Notes under the pieces: generated by a model
What the model saw: the letters and a program-made list of their open reading frames with translations, nothing else
The model's database searches: none
What the model was told of the DNA's origin: nothing
Shown: positions 42,340 through 54,728 of the stretch, piece by piece
Position numbering within the stretch: the first letter of the stretch is position 1
Layout of the letters: the number at the start of each line of letters is the position of its first letter
DNA from: Eledone cirrhosa
Taxonomy: Eukaryota
Direction: 5' to 3'
Assembly (NCBI GenBank): GCA_964016885.1
Contig: OZ024740.1
Span: forward strand, 215,760,001-215,824,000
Length of the DNA: 64,000 bases
Program-made: the position numbers and the translations under genes

Positions 42340-44440
42340 TGTTGCTGTTGTTAGTTTTGTTGTTATAGCTGTTGTTGTTGTTATTGTTGTTACTGTTGTT
42401 ACTATTATTATGGCTGTGGTTAAGTGTTGTTGTTATGGCTGTTGTTAGTGTTGTTGTTGTTATAGCTGTTGTTACTGTTGTTATGGCTGTTGTTAGTGTT
42501 GTTGTTGTTGTTACTGTTGTTATGGCTGTGGTTAAGTGTTGTTGCTATGGCTGTTGTTACTGTTGTTGTTACTGTTGTTGGTGTGTGGTTGTTGTTATCG
42601 TTGTTGTTAGTGTTGTTGTTGTTGTTACTATTGTTATGGCTGTGGTTAAGTGTTGTTGTTATGGCTGTTGTTAGTGTTGTTGTTGTTATAGCTGTTGTTA
42701 CTGTTGTTATGGCTGTTGTTAGTGTTGTTGTTATGGCTGTTGTTGGTGTGGTTGTTGTTATAGCTGTTGTTGTTGTTATGGTTGTTACTGTTGTTATGGT
42801 TGTTACTGTTGTTATGTCTGTTGTTAGTGTTGTTGTTGTTACTGTTGTTGTGGCTGTTGTTGGTGTGGTTGTTGTTATTGTTGTTACTGTTGTTATGGCT
42901 GTTGTTGTTGTTATGGCAATTGTTGGTGTGGTTGTTGTTGTTGTTGGTGTGGTTGTTGGTGTGGTTGTTGTTGTTGTTATGGCTGTTGTTGTTGTTATGG
43001 CAGTTGTTGGTGTGGTTGTTGTTGTTGTTGTTATGACAGTTGTTGGTGTGGTTGTTGTTGTTGTTATGACAGTTGTTGGTGTGGTTATTGTTGTTATGGC
43101 AGTTGTTGGTGTGGTTGTTGTTGTTGTTGTTATGGCAGTTGTTGATGTTGTTGTTGTTGTTATGGCAGTTGTTGGTGGTGTTGTTGTTATGGCAGTTGGT
43201 GTGGTTGTTGTTGTTGTTGTTATGGCAGTTGTTGATGTTGTTGTTGTTGTTATGGCAGTTGTTGGTGGTGTTGTTGTTATGGCAGTTGGTGTGGTTGTTG
43301 TTGTTGTTGTTATGGCAGTTGTTGGTGTTGTTGTTGTTGTTGTTGTTATGGCAGTTGTTGGTGTTGTTGTTGTTGTTATGGCAGTTGTTGGTGTTGTTGT
43401 TGTTGTTGTTATGGCAGTTGTTGTTGTTGTTGTTGTTATGGCAGTTGGTGTGGTTGTTGTTGTTGTTGTTATGGCAGTTGTTGGTGTTGGTGTTGTTGTT
43501 GTTATGGCAGTTGTTGGTGTTGTTGTTGTTGTTATGGCAGTTGTTGGTGTGGTTGTTGTTGTTGTTGTTATGGCAGTTGTTGGTGTGGTTGTTGTTGTTG
43601 TTATGACAGTTGTTGTTGTTGTTGTTGTTATGGCAGTTGTTGGTGGTGTTGTTGTTGTTGTTATGACAGTTGCTGTTGTTGTTGTTGTTATGGCAGTTGT
43701 TGGTGTTGTTGTTGTTGTTGTTATGACAGTTGGTGTTGTTGTTGTTGTTATGGCAGTTGTTGGTGTGGTTGTTGTTGTTGTTGTTATGGCAGTTGTTGGT
43801 GTTGTTGTTGTTGTTATGACAGTTGTTGTTGTTGTTGTTATGGCAGTTGTTGGTGTTGTTGTTGTTGTTGTTATGGCAGTTGTTGGTGTGGTTGTTGTTG
43901 TTGTTATGGCAGTTGGTGTGGTTGTTGTTGTTATGGCAGTTGTTGGTGTGGTTGTTGTTGTTGTTGTTATGGCAGTTGTTGGTGTTGTTGTTGTTGTTAT
44001 GGCAGTTGTTGTTGTTGTTATGGCAGTTGTTGGTGTTGTTGTTGTTGTTGTTGTTATGACAGTTGTTGTTGTTGTTGTTGTTATGGCAGTTGTTGGTGGT
44101 GTTGTTGTTGTTGTTATGTCAGTTGTTGGTGTTGTTGTTGTTGTTGTTGTTATGACAGTTGTTGGTGTGGTTGTTGTTGTTGTTATGGCAGTTGTTGGTG
44201 TTGTTGTTGTTGTTATGGCAGTTGTTGTTGTTGTTGTTATGGCAGTTGTTGGTGTTGTTGTTGTTGTTGTTGTTATGACAGTTGTTGTTGTTGTTGTTGT
44301 TATGGCAGTTGTTGGTGGTGTGGTTGTTGTTGCTATGGCAGTTGGTGTGGTTGTTGTTGTTGTTATGGCAGTTGGTGTTGTTGTTGTTGTTGTTGTTGCT
44401 ATGTCAGTTGTTGGTGTGGTTGTTGTTGTTGTTGCTATCA
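42340..44440. repeat. (GTT)n-derived compound repeat (GTTATGGCAGTTGTTGGT motif)
   Basis: Triplet-phase repeat giving poly-V, poly-T and poly-L ORFs. A similar tract lies at 44840-45270. Confidence 0.93.
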
Positions 44441-44623
44441 ATATTGTGGCTGTGGTTTATATGATTGTTGTTATTAATAAAGTACCAGTAATGTACTGGG
44501 TATTTGCTGGCCTTGTGCCAAAAGTAGAAATAATTATTACTGTAATTATTCTTGTTGTTGTTGTAGTAAATGTAATTGTTGTTGTAATTTTTGTTGTTGA
44601 AATAATTGTTGTTGTTGTTGCTG

Positions 44624-44837
44624 AGGGTGATGGATTGGCAGTATTGGTAGAGTGTTGGACACCCTGCTTTGCAGCATAGAGTTACGACCCTTTACGTTCT
44701 GAGTTCAAATCCCACAGAGATAACCGTTACCTTTCATCTTTACAGGGTCCATAAAATAAAGTACCAGTAATATACTGAGGTTGATTTAATTGACTTTCCC
44801 CTCTTCCAAAGTTGTACCTAAATCAGAAACTATTATT
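44624..44837 (+). mobile_element. tRNA-derived SINE
   Basis: AGGGTGATGGATTGGCAGTATTGG head, B box GAGTTCAAATCC, same central domain as 11416. Confidence 0.85.
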
Positions 44838-45409
44838 TTTATTGCTACTGTTGTTGTTGTAGTTGTTGTAGCTCTTGTAATAATTTTTACTGTTGTTGTT
44901 GTTGTCATTGCTACTGTTGTTGTTGTAGTTGTTGTAGCTCTTGTAATAGTTCTTACTGTTGTTGTTGTTGTTGTCATTGCTACTGTTGTTGTTGTTATAG
45001 ATGTTGTAGCTCTTGTAATAGTTCTTACTGTTGTTGTTGTTGTTGTTGTCATTGCTACTGTTGTTGTTGTTGTAATTATTATAGCTGTTATAATAGTTGT
45101 TATTGTTGTTGTTGTTATGGCTATTGTTGTTGCCGCTGTTGTTGTTGTTATGGCTATTGTTGTTGTTGGTGTTGTTGTTATTGTTATGGCTATTGTTGTT
45201 GTTGTTGGTGTTGTTGTTATAGAAATTGTTGTTGCTGCTGTTGTTGTTATTGGAGCTGTTATTCTTGTTGTTAATTTTGTTTGTCAATAAAAGGAGGAGG
45301 GGACAGTGCCCCACCAACCTGAATGAGGCATCAGAAGTAGTAACATTTACCATACAAGAGGAATGGACCTCAGGCAGTTTCAATGATGAGTGTTCCTTTT
45401 ATTTGATCA

Positions 45410-45925
45410 GCAGAACAGCCTGCTCATGAAATTAATGTGTAAGTGGCTGAGCATTTCACAGACACATGTACTCTTAATGTAGATCTCAGGGAGATTTAGC
45501 ATGATACAGTGTATAACATGGTTGGCTATTTGAATTATGGGTACAGTTCACCTGACAGGCATCCACACAGTTTCTGTCTACCCAATTTGATTCACAAAGC
45601 ATGGATAAACCTGAGGTTATTGTAAATAACAACATGCTCAAGAGGCCACAATGGGGGATTGAACACAGAACCTGTTGATTGTGAAGCAAATATCTTTACC
45701 ATTCAGCTATGTTGTATTATCCACACCATACAAATAAGTATAGGTGATCCACACTGTAATGTGGTTGGTGTTAGGAAGGTCATCCAGCTTTAGAAACCAA
45801 GCCAAACTTCAGATCTGTATGAGAAAGACATTGTCTCTGGAGCTGACTTATCTCATAGCATGATAACCCATCTAACCCATGTAAGCGTGGAAAAATGGAT
45901 GTTGATGTTGATGATGATGATGATG
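45410..45925. mobile_element. Older SINE fragments (minus-strand tRNA head near 45650-45710; plus-strand RTE-type tail ending in (GAT)n)
   Basis: Reverse B-box-like GGGATTGAAC..ACC. The tail CTAACCCATG..GGAAAAATGGATGTT(GAT)n resembles the RTE 3' end at 61440-61505. Confidence 0.6.
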
Positions 45926-46086
45926 ACCACAATTTCCACCATACAGATGATGGGTGTTGCCAGTCTGGTCTATTTTCTTAAGACTTTTGTTATCATATTT
46001 CTAATGATTTTTATATAATTTTTTAAATAATCAAGAATTTGGAGTATTTAGTAATATAATTATATCTATCATTATTAAGTTGGTGT

Positions 46087-46514
46087 AGGGCAGTGGATTG
46101 GCTGTATTGGTAGAGAATCGGACACCATGCTTTGCAGCATAGAGTTACGGTCCTTTACGGTTCAAATCTCGCCAAGGTTAACTTTGCCTTTCATCCTTAC
46201 GGGGTCGATAAAATAAATCATCAGTAACGTACTGGGGTTTATTTAATCGACTTTCGCCCAAATTACTGGCCTTGTGCCTATACTAGAAATCATTATTAAG
46301 TTGGTGTAAGGGCTGTGGATTGGCAGAATTGGTAGAGCATCAGACACCATGATTTGCAGCATAGATTTATGGTCTGAGTTCAAATCCCGCCGAGGTTAGA
46401 TTTGCCTTCCAAACTTACGGGGTCAATAAAATAAAGCACCAGTAATGCACTGGGATCAATTTAATTGACTTTCCCTTCCCCTAAAATTGTTGGCCTTATG
46501 GCTAAATTAGAAAC
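46087..46514 (+). mobile_element. Two head-to-tail tRNA-SINEs sharing one target motif
   Basis: Copies at 46087-46290 and 46309-46514. CATTATTAAGTTGGTGT at 46070, 46291 and 46515. Confidence 0.88.
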
Positions 46515-47985
46515 CATTATTAAGTTGGTGTTTGGAGCACAACAAAGGTTCTTACATAAACTGATGATGGAAGGTTTTTAGATAAATATAAACATTTCAA
46601 AATAAATAAAAAACAGCTTAATATAGTAGAACCTCATACAGTTTTATGATGTTTGGTATTAAAAGGATTAAAGAAGGCAGCATATTGTATGAGGATGATA
46701 TATACTAGCTCCCAGGTAATATACTTGGAGACAATATTGTAACTAAGCTAATCTACATACCTATTGCCATTCAGTTTCAACTACTTAGAGTAAAAACTCT
46801 ATGGTACTCTCCTGTTTTAGAAAATAACAAATGCAGAGACACTATGAGTCTTTAGTATTGAAACAGAGCTGTAGACAATACGTCTGACATTTTACACTAC
46901 ATAATTAACAATAATCTATGATATAAAAGACCAAGTCATGCATCCCTTTTTTGTTTGACGGTTTCCCTGCTTATCAACACATTATAGAAATAGAGGAGGA
47001 GAAAGTAGTGATTGTGCTGAGAGAGGTGGAAAAGAAGGTATTATATATATATGAATTAGGTAGATAGTTAAATAAATAGATAGATGAGAGAATCAAACAG
47101 CATGAAGTAGAGAGGGAAAGAGGGAGAGAAAGAGAAATGAAGAGTGAGGGAGAAATAGAGAGCAGTCAACTGCAAGAACACTGGTGAGACAGGCAGTCAG
47201 ACCAACAGACAGAGACACATAGAGGAATGGAAGAAATAGTGAAAGAGAGAGAGAGATAGAGTGAGTAATAGAAGAGAGGTGAAAAGAAAGGATAGCGTTA
47301 TATTGTGAGGGGGAATTAGTGATCTAACATGATAAAATAACAGAGCTGTGGAGTGTTTGTGAATGATAAAAATAGAGATTTTCATGTAGGATATTAAAAT
47401 GTGAGGGTATGTGTGGTTCAGTGTGTAGGCCAGTGAGAGGATATGTGTGAAGGTATGTGTGGTTCAGTGTGACAGTATGTGAGGTCAGTGAGAAGGTCAG
47501 TATGAGGGTATGTGTGGGTCAGTGAGAATAACAGGAGAGAGTAAAGGAGTGTAAATGTAAAATTAAGAAAATCTGGAGACAATTTACTGAAGAAGTTCTC
47601 AGTGAAAGAGAATCTTTATTTGAACTGCAGAAGAAGACACAAATGACCACAAGAAGATGTCAATGGTCAATATGAATTGAAGAGGTAAAGTGTTGAAACA
47701 GAAGGTAAAATGGAAGCTAGGCATGAGTTAAAAAGAAGAATATCTGAAAGAAGACAGAATGAAATACAAGAAGCAAATGAAGCAAGAAACGTGGAAGTCA
47801 TTTGTCCTCAGCAGTCTGGACTTACTTTCAACTATGATCACTCCATATCATAAGTCCTCTTCAGTCATAAATGACATGATTTTTCTCATAGAAAGTTTCC
47901 CTCAGAGCAAGAAGATTTTGTAGAAGACCAGCAGTCATCCATGCATACTACTCTCCACTCCCTATGCCATCAATGTTATCTCAGG

Positions 47986-48286
47986 CAGAGATCCCCAACC
48001 ACCAGGCTGCAGACCAGTACTAGTCCATGGATCATTTGTTACTGGGCTGCCAAAAATAATTAATTTGTTTAAAATTATATAATAGATAAATTGAATATTG
48101 AACTCTAATTTAAAAAGATTTGTTCAAATATTCAATATTCATCTACTCAATACTACCTAACATAACTGTAGGACATTTTATAATTAATGTATATTTTATA
48201 TCTACCTTTATGTGCACCTACCAGTTCATGGAAAGATTGTCCGGCATGAAGCTGGTCCATGGTATAAAAAAGGTTGGAGACCACTG
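47986..48286. mobile_element. hAT/Charlie-type MITE (older)
   Basis: TIRs CAGAGATCCCCAACC and GGTTGGAGACCACTG; decayed TSD ATCTCAGG / GTCTAAGG. Confidence 0.75.
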
Positions 48287-48319
48287 GTCTAAGGGATGAT
48301 GTTGTTACTCATTTATTTT

Positions 48320-48452
48320 CTAGCTAAGTGAACTGGAGCAATATGAAATAAAGTGTCCTGCTCAAGGACACAATACATCACTCCGTCTGGGAATCAAACT
48401 TGCACCCTCACGATTGTAAACCTAACACTAACCACTAAGCCGTGTACTTTCA
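48320..48452 (-). mobile_element. tRNA-SINE fragment (second family)
   Basis: Matches the minus-strand SINE at 56270-56565 (CTGGAGCAA..TGAAATAAAGTGT..GCTCAAG..ACCACTA.GCC). Confidence 0.65.
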
Positions 48453-48627
48453 CAGGCTCACCCCATAACGTTAAATTTATTAGGGAACTCGAAACTATCC
48501 AATGATACTACATCAAAAAGGTTGCCCCAAAGAAACAGATGAACTAATGAGAGAGGCTGAAAAGATTAAGACCCTACTCCCTGAAGGTAAAAACAGGAAA
48601 AATATGCAGTGTTATATATATATATAT

Positions 48628-49363
48628 TTACGTTAACTATTTTTCCCATGTTGACGCTATAGTCACTTATATATTATGGAATACTGTTGGCTTTTTGCTA
48701 CAATGTTTTCTATACCTTTCATTTATATATTTATATTCGGATTTCTTTCCTAGAGTGCTTAAATTATTTGTGACTAATCCCGGTATTTTTTTAATAAAAA
48801 ACCGCGATAATATTGCTTTTTGCTGAACTCCTTATTGTAGAGTTTTTTTTCTGAATGTTTTTTGACTGTTGTTTCTTGTAAACAAACATTCGTCTCATTC
48901 TGACGTCACCAGCCCTGTCCTTCCACATGTGCGTTTTATTTTTCATAATCACGCATGATGGTGAACTAGCCTGTTTTAAATTCCCTTTTTGGCATATTAA
49001 TCTGAGAATTTTGGTTATCGAGTTGAGCTCTGCTGAGGATCGGGTTCCAACCGTGACCATCTCCACTGAAAGTTTTCGTGAAATAGTCTTTAAGACTATA
49101 CAGAGCATTTGAAGTTTTTCCAAATTGAAGGATGAGTATTTTAGACTTTATTTTATCATGAGTTAAGGCTATTGATTTTTCCCTGGATTTCACTAAATTC
49201 TGTGGATGAATCTATATCCTGATTCTCTTTGAGATGAGTTTGATTTATTTTTCCCACATCTTACATTAACTATTTTTCCCATTTTGACGCTATAGTCACT
49301 TATATATTATGGAATACTGTTGGCTTTTTGCTACAATGTTTTCTATACCTTTCATTTATATAT
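48628..49363 (+). mobile_element. Terminally redundant 633-bp non-coding element carrying a hammerhead (PLE pLTR / retrozyme-like)
   Basis: 103-bp direct repeats at 48628-48730 and 49261-49363, (TA)n on both flanks, internal hammerhead. Confidence 0.75.
49027..49106 (+). ncRNA. Type I hammerhead ribozyme
   Basis: Stem I GCTCTG/CAGAGC (6 bp perfect), core CTGAGGA ... GAAA, stem III ATAGTCT/AGACTAT, AUA cleavage after 49100. Stem II is weak (CGGG/TTCG) with a long loop. Confidence 0.7.
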
Positions 49364-49378
49364 ATATATATATATATA

Positions 49379-49482
49379 ACCGCCGAGGTTAACTTTGCCT
49401 TTCATCCTTACGGGGTCGATAAAATAAAGTACCAGTAATACACTGGGATAATTGCTGGCCTTGTGCCAAAAGTAGAAACAGT
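49379..49482 (+). mobile_element. 5'-truncated tRNA-SINE
   Basis: 3' half of the SINE family. An inverted partial copy lies at ~50095-50172. Confidence 0.8.
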
Positions 49483-49499
49483 TATATATATATATATAT

Positions 49500-50017
49500 A
49501 GTAGTGAAATCTTGGCAGTGTCTGCAGAGGACATGCATAGGCTGGAGAGAAATGAAGCAACCATGCTTCGTTGGATGTGAAATGTATATGTGAGAGAAAA
49601 GCAGAGCTTGGATGAACTGAGGGAGAAACAGGGTTTAAGAGGAATCAAAAGTGGTGTGCAAGAGAGAAGACTGCATTGGTACAGACATGTGATGTGCATA
49701 GATGAGGATTGTTGGGTGAAGAAATGCCAGGAAATTCTAATGGAAGGAAGCTGCAGTAGAGGTAGACAAAGGAAGACTTGGTTAGAGGTGGTGATAGCTG
49801 ATCTCAAATTGCTGAGACTCACAGAGATGACGAAGAAACACAGTGAGTGGCGAGATGCTGTGCTGAAGAGGACCCGTCAAACCTATACAAGTATATATAT
49901 ATATTCCAACACTTGCTAGCAGGGAAAGCAGACATTAATTGATGATGATGATGTTATATATATATATATGTACCCTTGCAAGCAGGGAAAAGCAGACGTA
50001 AAATGATGATGATGATG
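49500..50017 (+). mobile_element. RTE LINE 3' fragment (diverged) with two (GAT)n tails
   Basis: RRLHWYRHV ... RGRQRKTW; homologous to 720-1130 and 61060-61505. Confidence 0.85.
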
Positions 50018-50350
50018 TATATTATATATATATATATATGTTTGTGTGAGTGTGTATGTATAATTATATATACAGTTTGTTTATGATTTAGTGTATAATT
50101 GTTTCTACTTTAGGCACAAGGCCAGCAATTACCCAGTACATTACTGGTACTTTATTTTATCGACCCCGTAAGGTATAATAATGGCAGAAATGCTTCATAA
50201 CTACAGAGGTTGTTGGTGAAAGTATTTAGTGTGGAAATATAATATCTTTACATTTGGAAACCAGATATTTTAATCTAGAGCCAAGGTTTTACTCATCTCA
50301 GCTTGCACTGAACTCCATTCATCTCCCTCTATATGAGGTGTGGTCTAAGG

Positions 50351-50688
50351 CAGGAGTTCTCAACCTGGTCCATGTGGACTACTAGTGGTCCACAGGAAAA
50401 TTCAGGTGGTCCACAGAAAATTTTCAATAGCAAATTCTTTTTTGATCCATGCATTTGACTTAAAGCGCTGTTCTTATTCTTCGCATAAGTACGACTTCAG
50501 CTGTTTATTTGCGTAGATTTTTAGGCACTGCGACATGATAATAGCATTTTCTAATTCATTGAAAAAAAGCATCTACTGATGCTTATAAGTAGCAGTTCTA
50601 TTACAAAAGATTTAAAAGTTTAGGTGGTCAACAGAAAAAAATTACTTATTTTGGTGGTCCACAGCGAAAAAAAGGTTGAGAACCTCTG
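50351..50688. mobile_element. hAT/Buster-type MITE
   Basis: TIRs CAGGAGTTCTCAACCT and AGGTTGAGAACCTCTG; perfect 8-bp TSD GTCTAAGG (50343-50350, 50689-50696). Confidence 0.92.
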
Positions 50689-50934
50689 GTCTAAGGTACA
50701 CAGGTAGGGTTTGCATGTGTATGTGGGTGTTTATGTGCAAATGAGAGCTACATATACAGATATACAGATACACAGAAATATATATATAGAGAAAGAGTGC
50801 AGGAGAGAAAGCTAGGGAGAGAGAGGGGGGGGAGAAAGTGAGGGTAAGGGAGGCAGAGTGTATTTTGAGTCTCATTGTATATGTAGTCATTCTTTGGTCA
50901 GTCAAAACGTTTATCACAACAACAACAACAACAA

Positions 50935-50970
<36 letters not shown>

Positions 50971-51541
50971 CAACAGTAATACAACATCAAGAACAGTAAC
51001 AGCAGCAACAACAACAACAACAGTAACAACAACAAAGAACAATATGGGGGGGGGGGGGGAACATAAAAATGGTTTCATTAAAATCAAATCAAAAAGAAAA
51101 CAAGTTTTGTACATTAAACATTGTGAGTTCAAACCTCAGTAAGTCATGGTTGACTTCAATATTTTGAGGATCTCTGAAATAATGTGTTTAGAGTCCATTT
51201 AAAGGGGTTATATCTGCCCCAACTCCTTACAAAATATATCTAGAGCTTAGCCACCATCAATACATCTAATGTCATGTCTCCATAACCTGAACATTGTGGG
51301 GTGGGGGAGATTGAACAATTTCAATTCACATTACATTACATATAAATAGCAAAGTTGCACATGGGTAAAACGAATTACATGGGAAAAATGAATAAAAGCA
51401 TCTATTTCTCAATAGCCACCTCATAGGCTATGCAATTTTGTGCATAAGGGTGGTATTGCATAATTTTTATCTCAGGTTGCACAATGGTTTGAAGAAGCCA
51501 CCAGAAAGATGTATATGAGACAACACAACAAGAGATAGATA

Positions 51542-53013
51542 TATTTCTTTATTAGCCACAGGGGCACAAAAGAAGGGGACAAATACAAAGGGGGAAGTTT
51601 ACATACAATAAAAACGTGTAAAATGTTATCACAGATGGAATTTAAAAGTTAGTCGATTTTCCCCAATAGAGGGAGACAGTTTATATGGGTAACACAGACC
51701 CCCGAAAAAAATGTGCAACCCTCATCTCCAGGAGTACGAAGAGCTTGTACTCCTTTCCTCTCCTCCTCCTTTTCCTCAACCTACAGGCTGATATAGAGAG
51801 AAGGCCCATTCACTCGGGCCATTCTCGCCACTTTCACCCACCTTTCATAAAACTTGCTGGGGTACAGCACCTCTCTCTCCATCCTGATTCTTCTTCCAAA
51901 GTGGTATTTGAAAAAAAGAATCAGTTGTTGGCCGGAGAGAAAGGTGTCTGACCTCAGCCCTTTCAACCTTGTCCACCATACAACCTCTTTCGCCATAGCT
52001 ATCACACAAAGGAAAACCGCCTCTCCTTCGTTTTTGAAGGAGGGTGGCGGTTTGATCATGACAATGGACTCGGTGGTCAACTGGATTGGTCCCACCCGCG
52101 ACAATAGTCGTTCTACATAGCCCCACAGGTCAGTGACGCCCGGGCAGTGTATGAATGCGTGCGCGACGGTTTCTTCGTCTCGCACGCACCTCGGACAGAT
52201 CTTTTTTGCAGGGTCCCTGCCCGGGCGCCCATGTCTGTAGAGCTTGTCTCGAACTGGTAGAGCTCCTCGGTAGCACTGCCAGGCCAGGGACTTTTGGAAG
52301 TTGTCCATCGGTCCCGGGCGGAAGGTCCTACCGAACAGACTGGCCAGTTCATCTTCCTCCACGCCTAGAGTTTCACCGAGCGCGTCGTCGCACTTGCTGC
52401 GGACCAACCCTCTATAGAATGACGAAGTGGAGTCTCTACTGACCGCCGGGTCCGCCTGCCAGAGGGCTGTGAGCGCCTGAGCACATTCGATGTGCCAGTC
52501 GCCCATTTTCCTCGGTCTCTGCTTGACCCAGGACTGCAGCTCGGTCAGCGAGACGAGTCGTGGGAAGGCTCGCCTCACGAACGGGGCCCACACCGGTTGT
52601 CCGGTGAGGAATACGTAGAGATGCCGCAGCCTGAGCGCGTGTTTGCGCATCGTCAACCACGGCATCCCCAGCCCTCCGTTAGAAGGGTGTTGGCAGCAGA
52701 TGGATCTTCTTACCAAAGGAGCCCGCCTCTTCCAAAGGAATCGGAAGAGGGCGCGCTCCATTTTGGCGAGCGTTTTGGCTGGACAAGGCACGACGGTCAA
52801 GCGGTAGTAGATGGCGGACGCTATAAAAGTGTTCGCCACCTCCGCTCGACCTTTCAAGGATAGTTTGCACTCGGCCCACTTCTGGGTGAGTGCAAACACC
52901 TTGGCCGTCACTTCGTTCCAGTTCTTCTCCACCTGGAGGTCCGGACCAAACCAGACCCCGAGCAGCTTCACCGGTCCTTCCGTCCAGCGTCCGACGACGC
53001 CATCGGAAGGCAT
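51542..53013 (-). mobile_element. Tx1/L1-group LINE, 5'-truncated, uninterrupted ORF2 C-terminus
   Basis: 410-aa ORF with KLLGVWF, LSLKGRAEV, FLW, GGLGMP and CCHC CPRC..ETVAHAFIHC. AATAAA at the 3' end. Candidate TSD AGAGATAGATA (51531-51541, 53014-53024). Confidence 0.9.
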
Positions 53014-53119
53014 AGAGATAGATAGATAGATAGAGAGTGAGTAAGTGAGTGAGAGAGAGAGAGAGAGGGGGGGGGGGGGAAGAGAACAAGTGAGATATTA
53101 TGTGAAAATACATTAGTAA

Positions 53120-53525
53120 ATATATAACAATGTAAATATTAAAGGGTTATGTCAAAGTTACGAAGTAACTATGGACAAGGAAATAGTAATCTAAGTAAAT
53201 ATGAAAGAACAGCCGAACTCCCACTGTCATCGCCTCCATCTCTCTGGCCCTACCCATCTCTCCGTATGGTGAGCAAATGGGGTCCCACGTGCTGGCCTCC
53301 CCACAGCCCCGGCGGACAGAATGGAGAAGGCGTTTACCCGGAGGATGGTAAGGGAAATGCGCTGGAAGAGCCATTCCAACTCGCGAGGCTCACACTTGCG
53401 GCTGGCCAGCTCAGCGCCTATGGTGGTGAGTAGTGAGGTAGCCCTAGAGCCAAGGACACCAGAAGTCTCCACTGCCAAGGGCACGACCGCGAACCTGTCG
53501 GAGAGCGACCGGTACTTGGACAGTT
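53120..53525 (-). mobile_element. CRE-clade (RLE) non-LTR retrotransposon 3' end
   Basis: SKY..F.VVPLAVETSGVLG..A..L..IG..L...WLFQRISLTILRVNA.SIL resembles the CRE C-terminal pattern P.A.ET.G..G...QR.S....RGNA. Confidence 0.8.
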
Positions 53526-53964
53526 AATCAGTGAGTGAGTATGTAAATATATAACAATAAAAAGTCTTATGACTGGAAACAGGACATGATATAGTAGAGG
53601 CAAGTTGTGCAAATGCTAACACCTGAAGGAGGGAAATATAAAAAGACTTTCGTCAAAAAAGAGGATGCTCTCTTCACTAAAATAGCCTCGACCAGCACAT
53701 CCCCCCTCTCCTATACACTAATACAATGGTCTGTAATCTATTTTATATCTACCGACAAGATCCCAGACCTCATTCACTTACCGAGCAGGGTAGAACTCAT
53801 CAAATCGGACCAAGGAAACAATGTTTCCATTGGTCTTTCCATTGCTGATACTATCTATTGGTCGGAACTCCTGACAAAAGGAACAATGTAAAATGAAGTG
53901 TCTCCCCGGTAGGGAACTTACAACGTCACGGTTCTGAATCCAATTCCCTAACCACTAAACCACA

Positions 53965-54728
53965 TGTCTATATATGTCCCCCCACCCACCTCTACATATG
54001 TCCCCCACCTCACCTCTATATATATCTCCCCCACCCCAGCTCTATATATTTCGCCCACCTCAACCTCTATACATTCCCCCACCCCAGCTCTATATAAGTC
54101 CCCCACCCCAGCTCTATATATTCCCCCACCCCAGCTCTATATATTCCTCCCACCCCAGCTCTATATATGTCCCCCACCCCAGCTCTATACATTTCCCCCA
54201 CCCCAGCTCTATATATTCCCCCCACTCCACCTATCTATATTTCCCCCACCCCAGCTCTATATATTTCCCCCAACCCAGCTCTATATATTTACCCCACCCC
54301 AGCTCTATATATGTCCCCCACTCCACCTCTATATATTCCCCCCACTCCACCTCTCTATATTTCCCTCACCCCAGCTCTATATATTTCCCCCACCCCAGCT
54401 CTATATATTTCCCCCACCCCAGCTCTATATATTTCCCCCACCCCAGCTCTATATATTCCTCCCACCCCAGCTCTATATATGTCCCCCACCGCAGCTCTAT
54501 ACATTTCCCCCACCCCAGCTCTATATATTCCCCCCACTCCACCTATCTATATTTCCCCCACCCCAGCTCTATATATTCCCCCCACCCCACCTCTATATAT
54601 TTCCCCCACCCCACCTCTATATATTCCCCCCACTCTACCTCTCTATATTTCCCCCACTCCACCTCTATATATTTCCCCCACCCCACCTCTATATATTTCC
54701 CCCACCCCAGCTCTATATATGTCCCCCG
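53965..54728. repeat. 24-bp C-rich minisatellite (ATATATTTCCCCCACCCCAGCTCT), ~32 copies
   Basis: 8-codon periodicity (PPPQLYIF) in the ORF track. Starts next to a minus-strand SINE head at ~53885-53965. Confidence 0.95.

Noticed and set aside
42420-44441. Mucin-like Thr-rich 673-aa ORF
   Set aside because: Built from an (AAC)n microsatellite with a single Thr codon dominating; open on both strands; no signal peptide or flanking domains; bounded by SINE debris.
47812-47870. Minus-strand hammerhead-like motif CTGAAGA-stem-GAAAGTAAGTC
   Set aside because: Stem II is plausible but stem I does not pair and loop III is not palindromic; at best a dead relic.
47978-50696. Two MITEs sharing the TSD GTCTAAGG as one composite element
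   Set aside because: Each has its own TIR pair and flanking duplication; the match is explained by Buster-type target preference.
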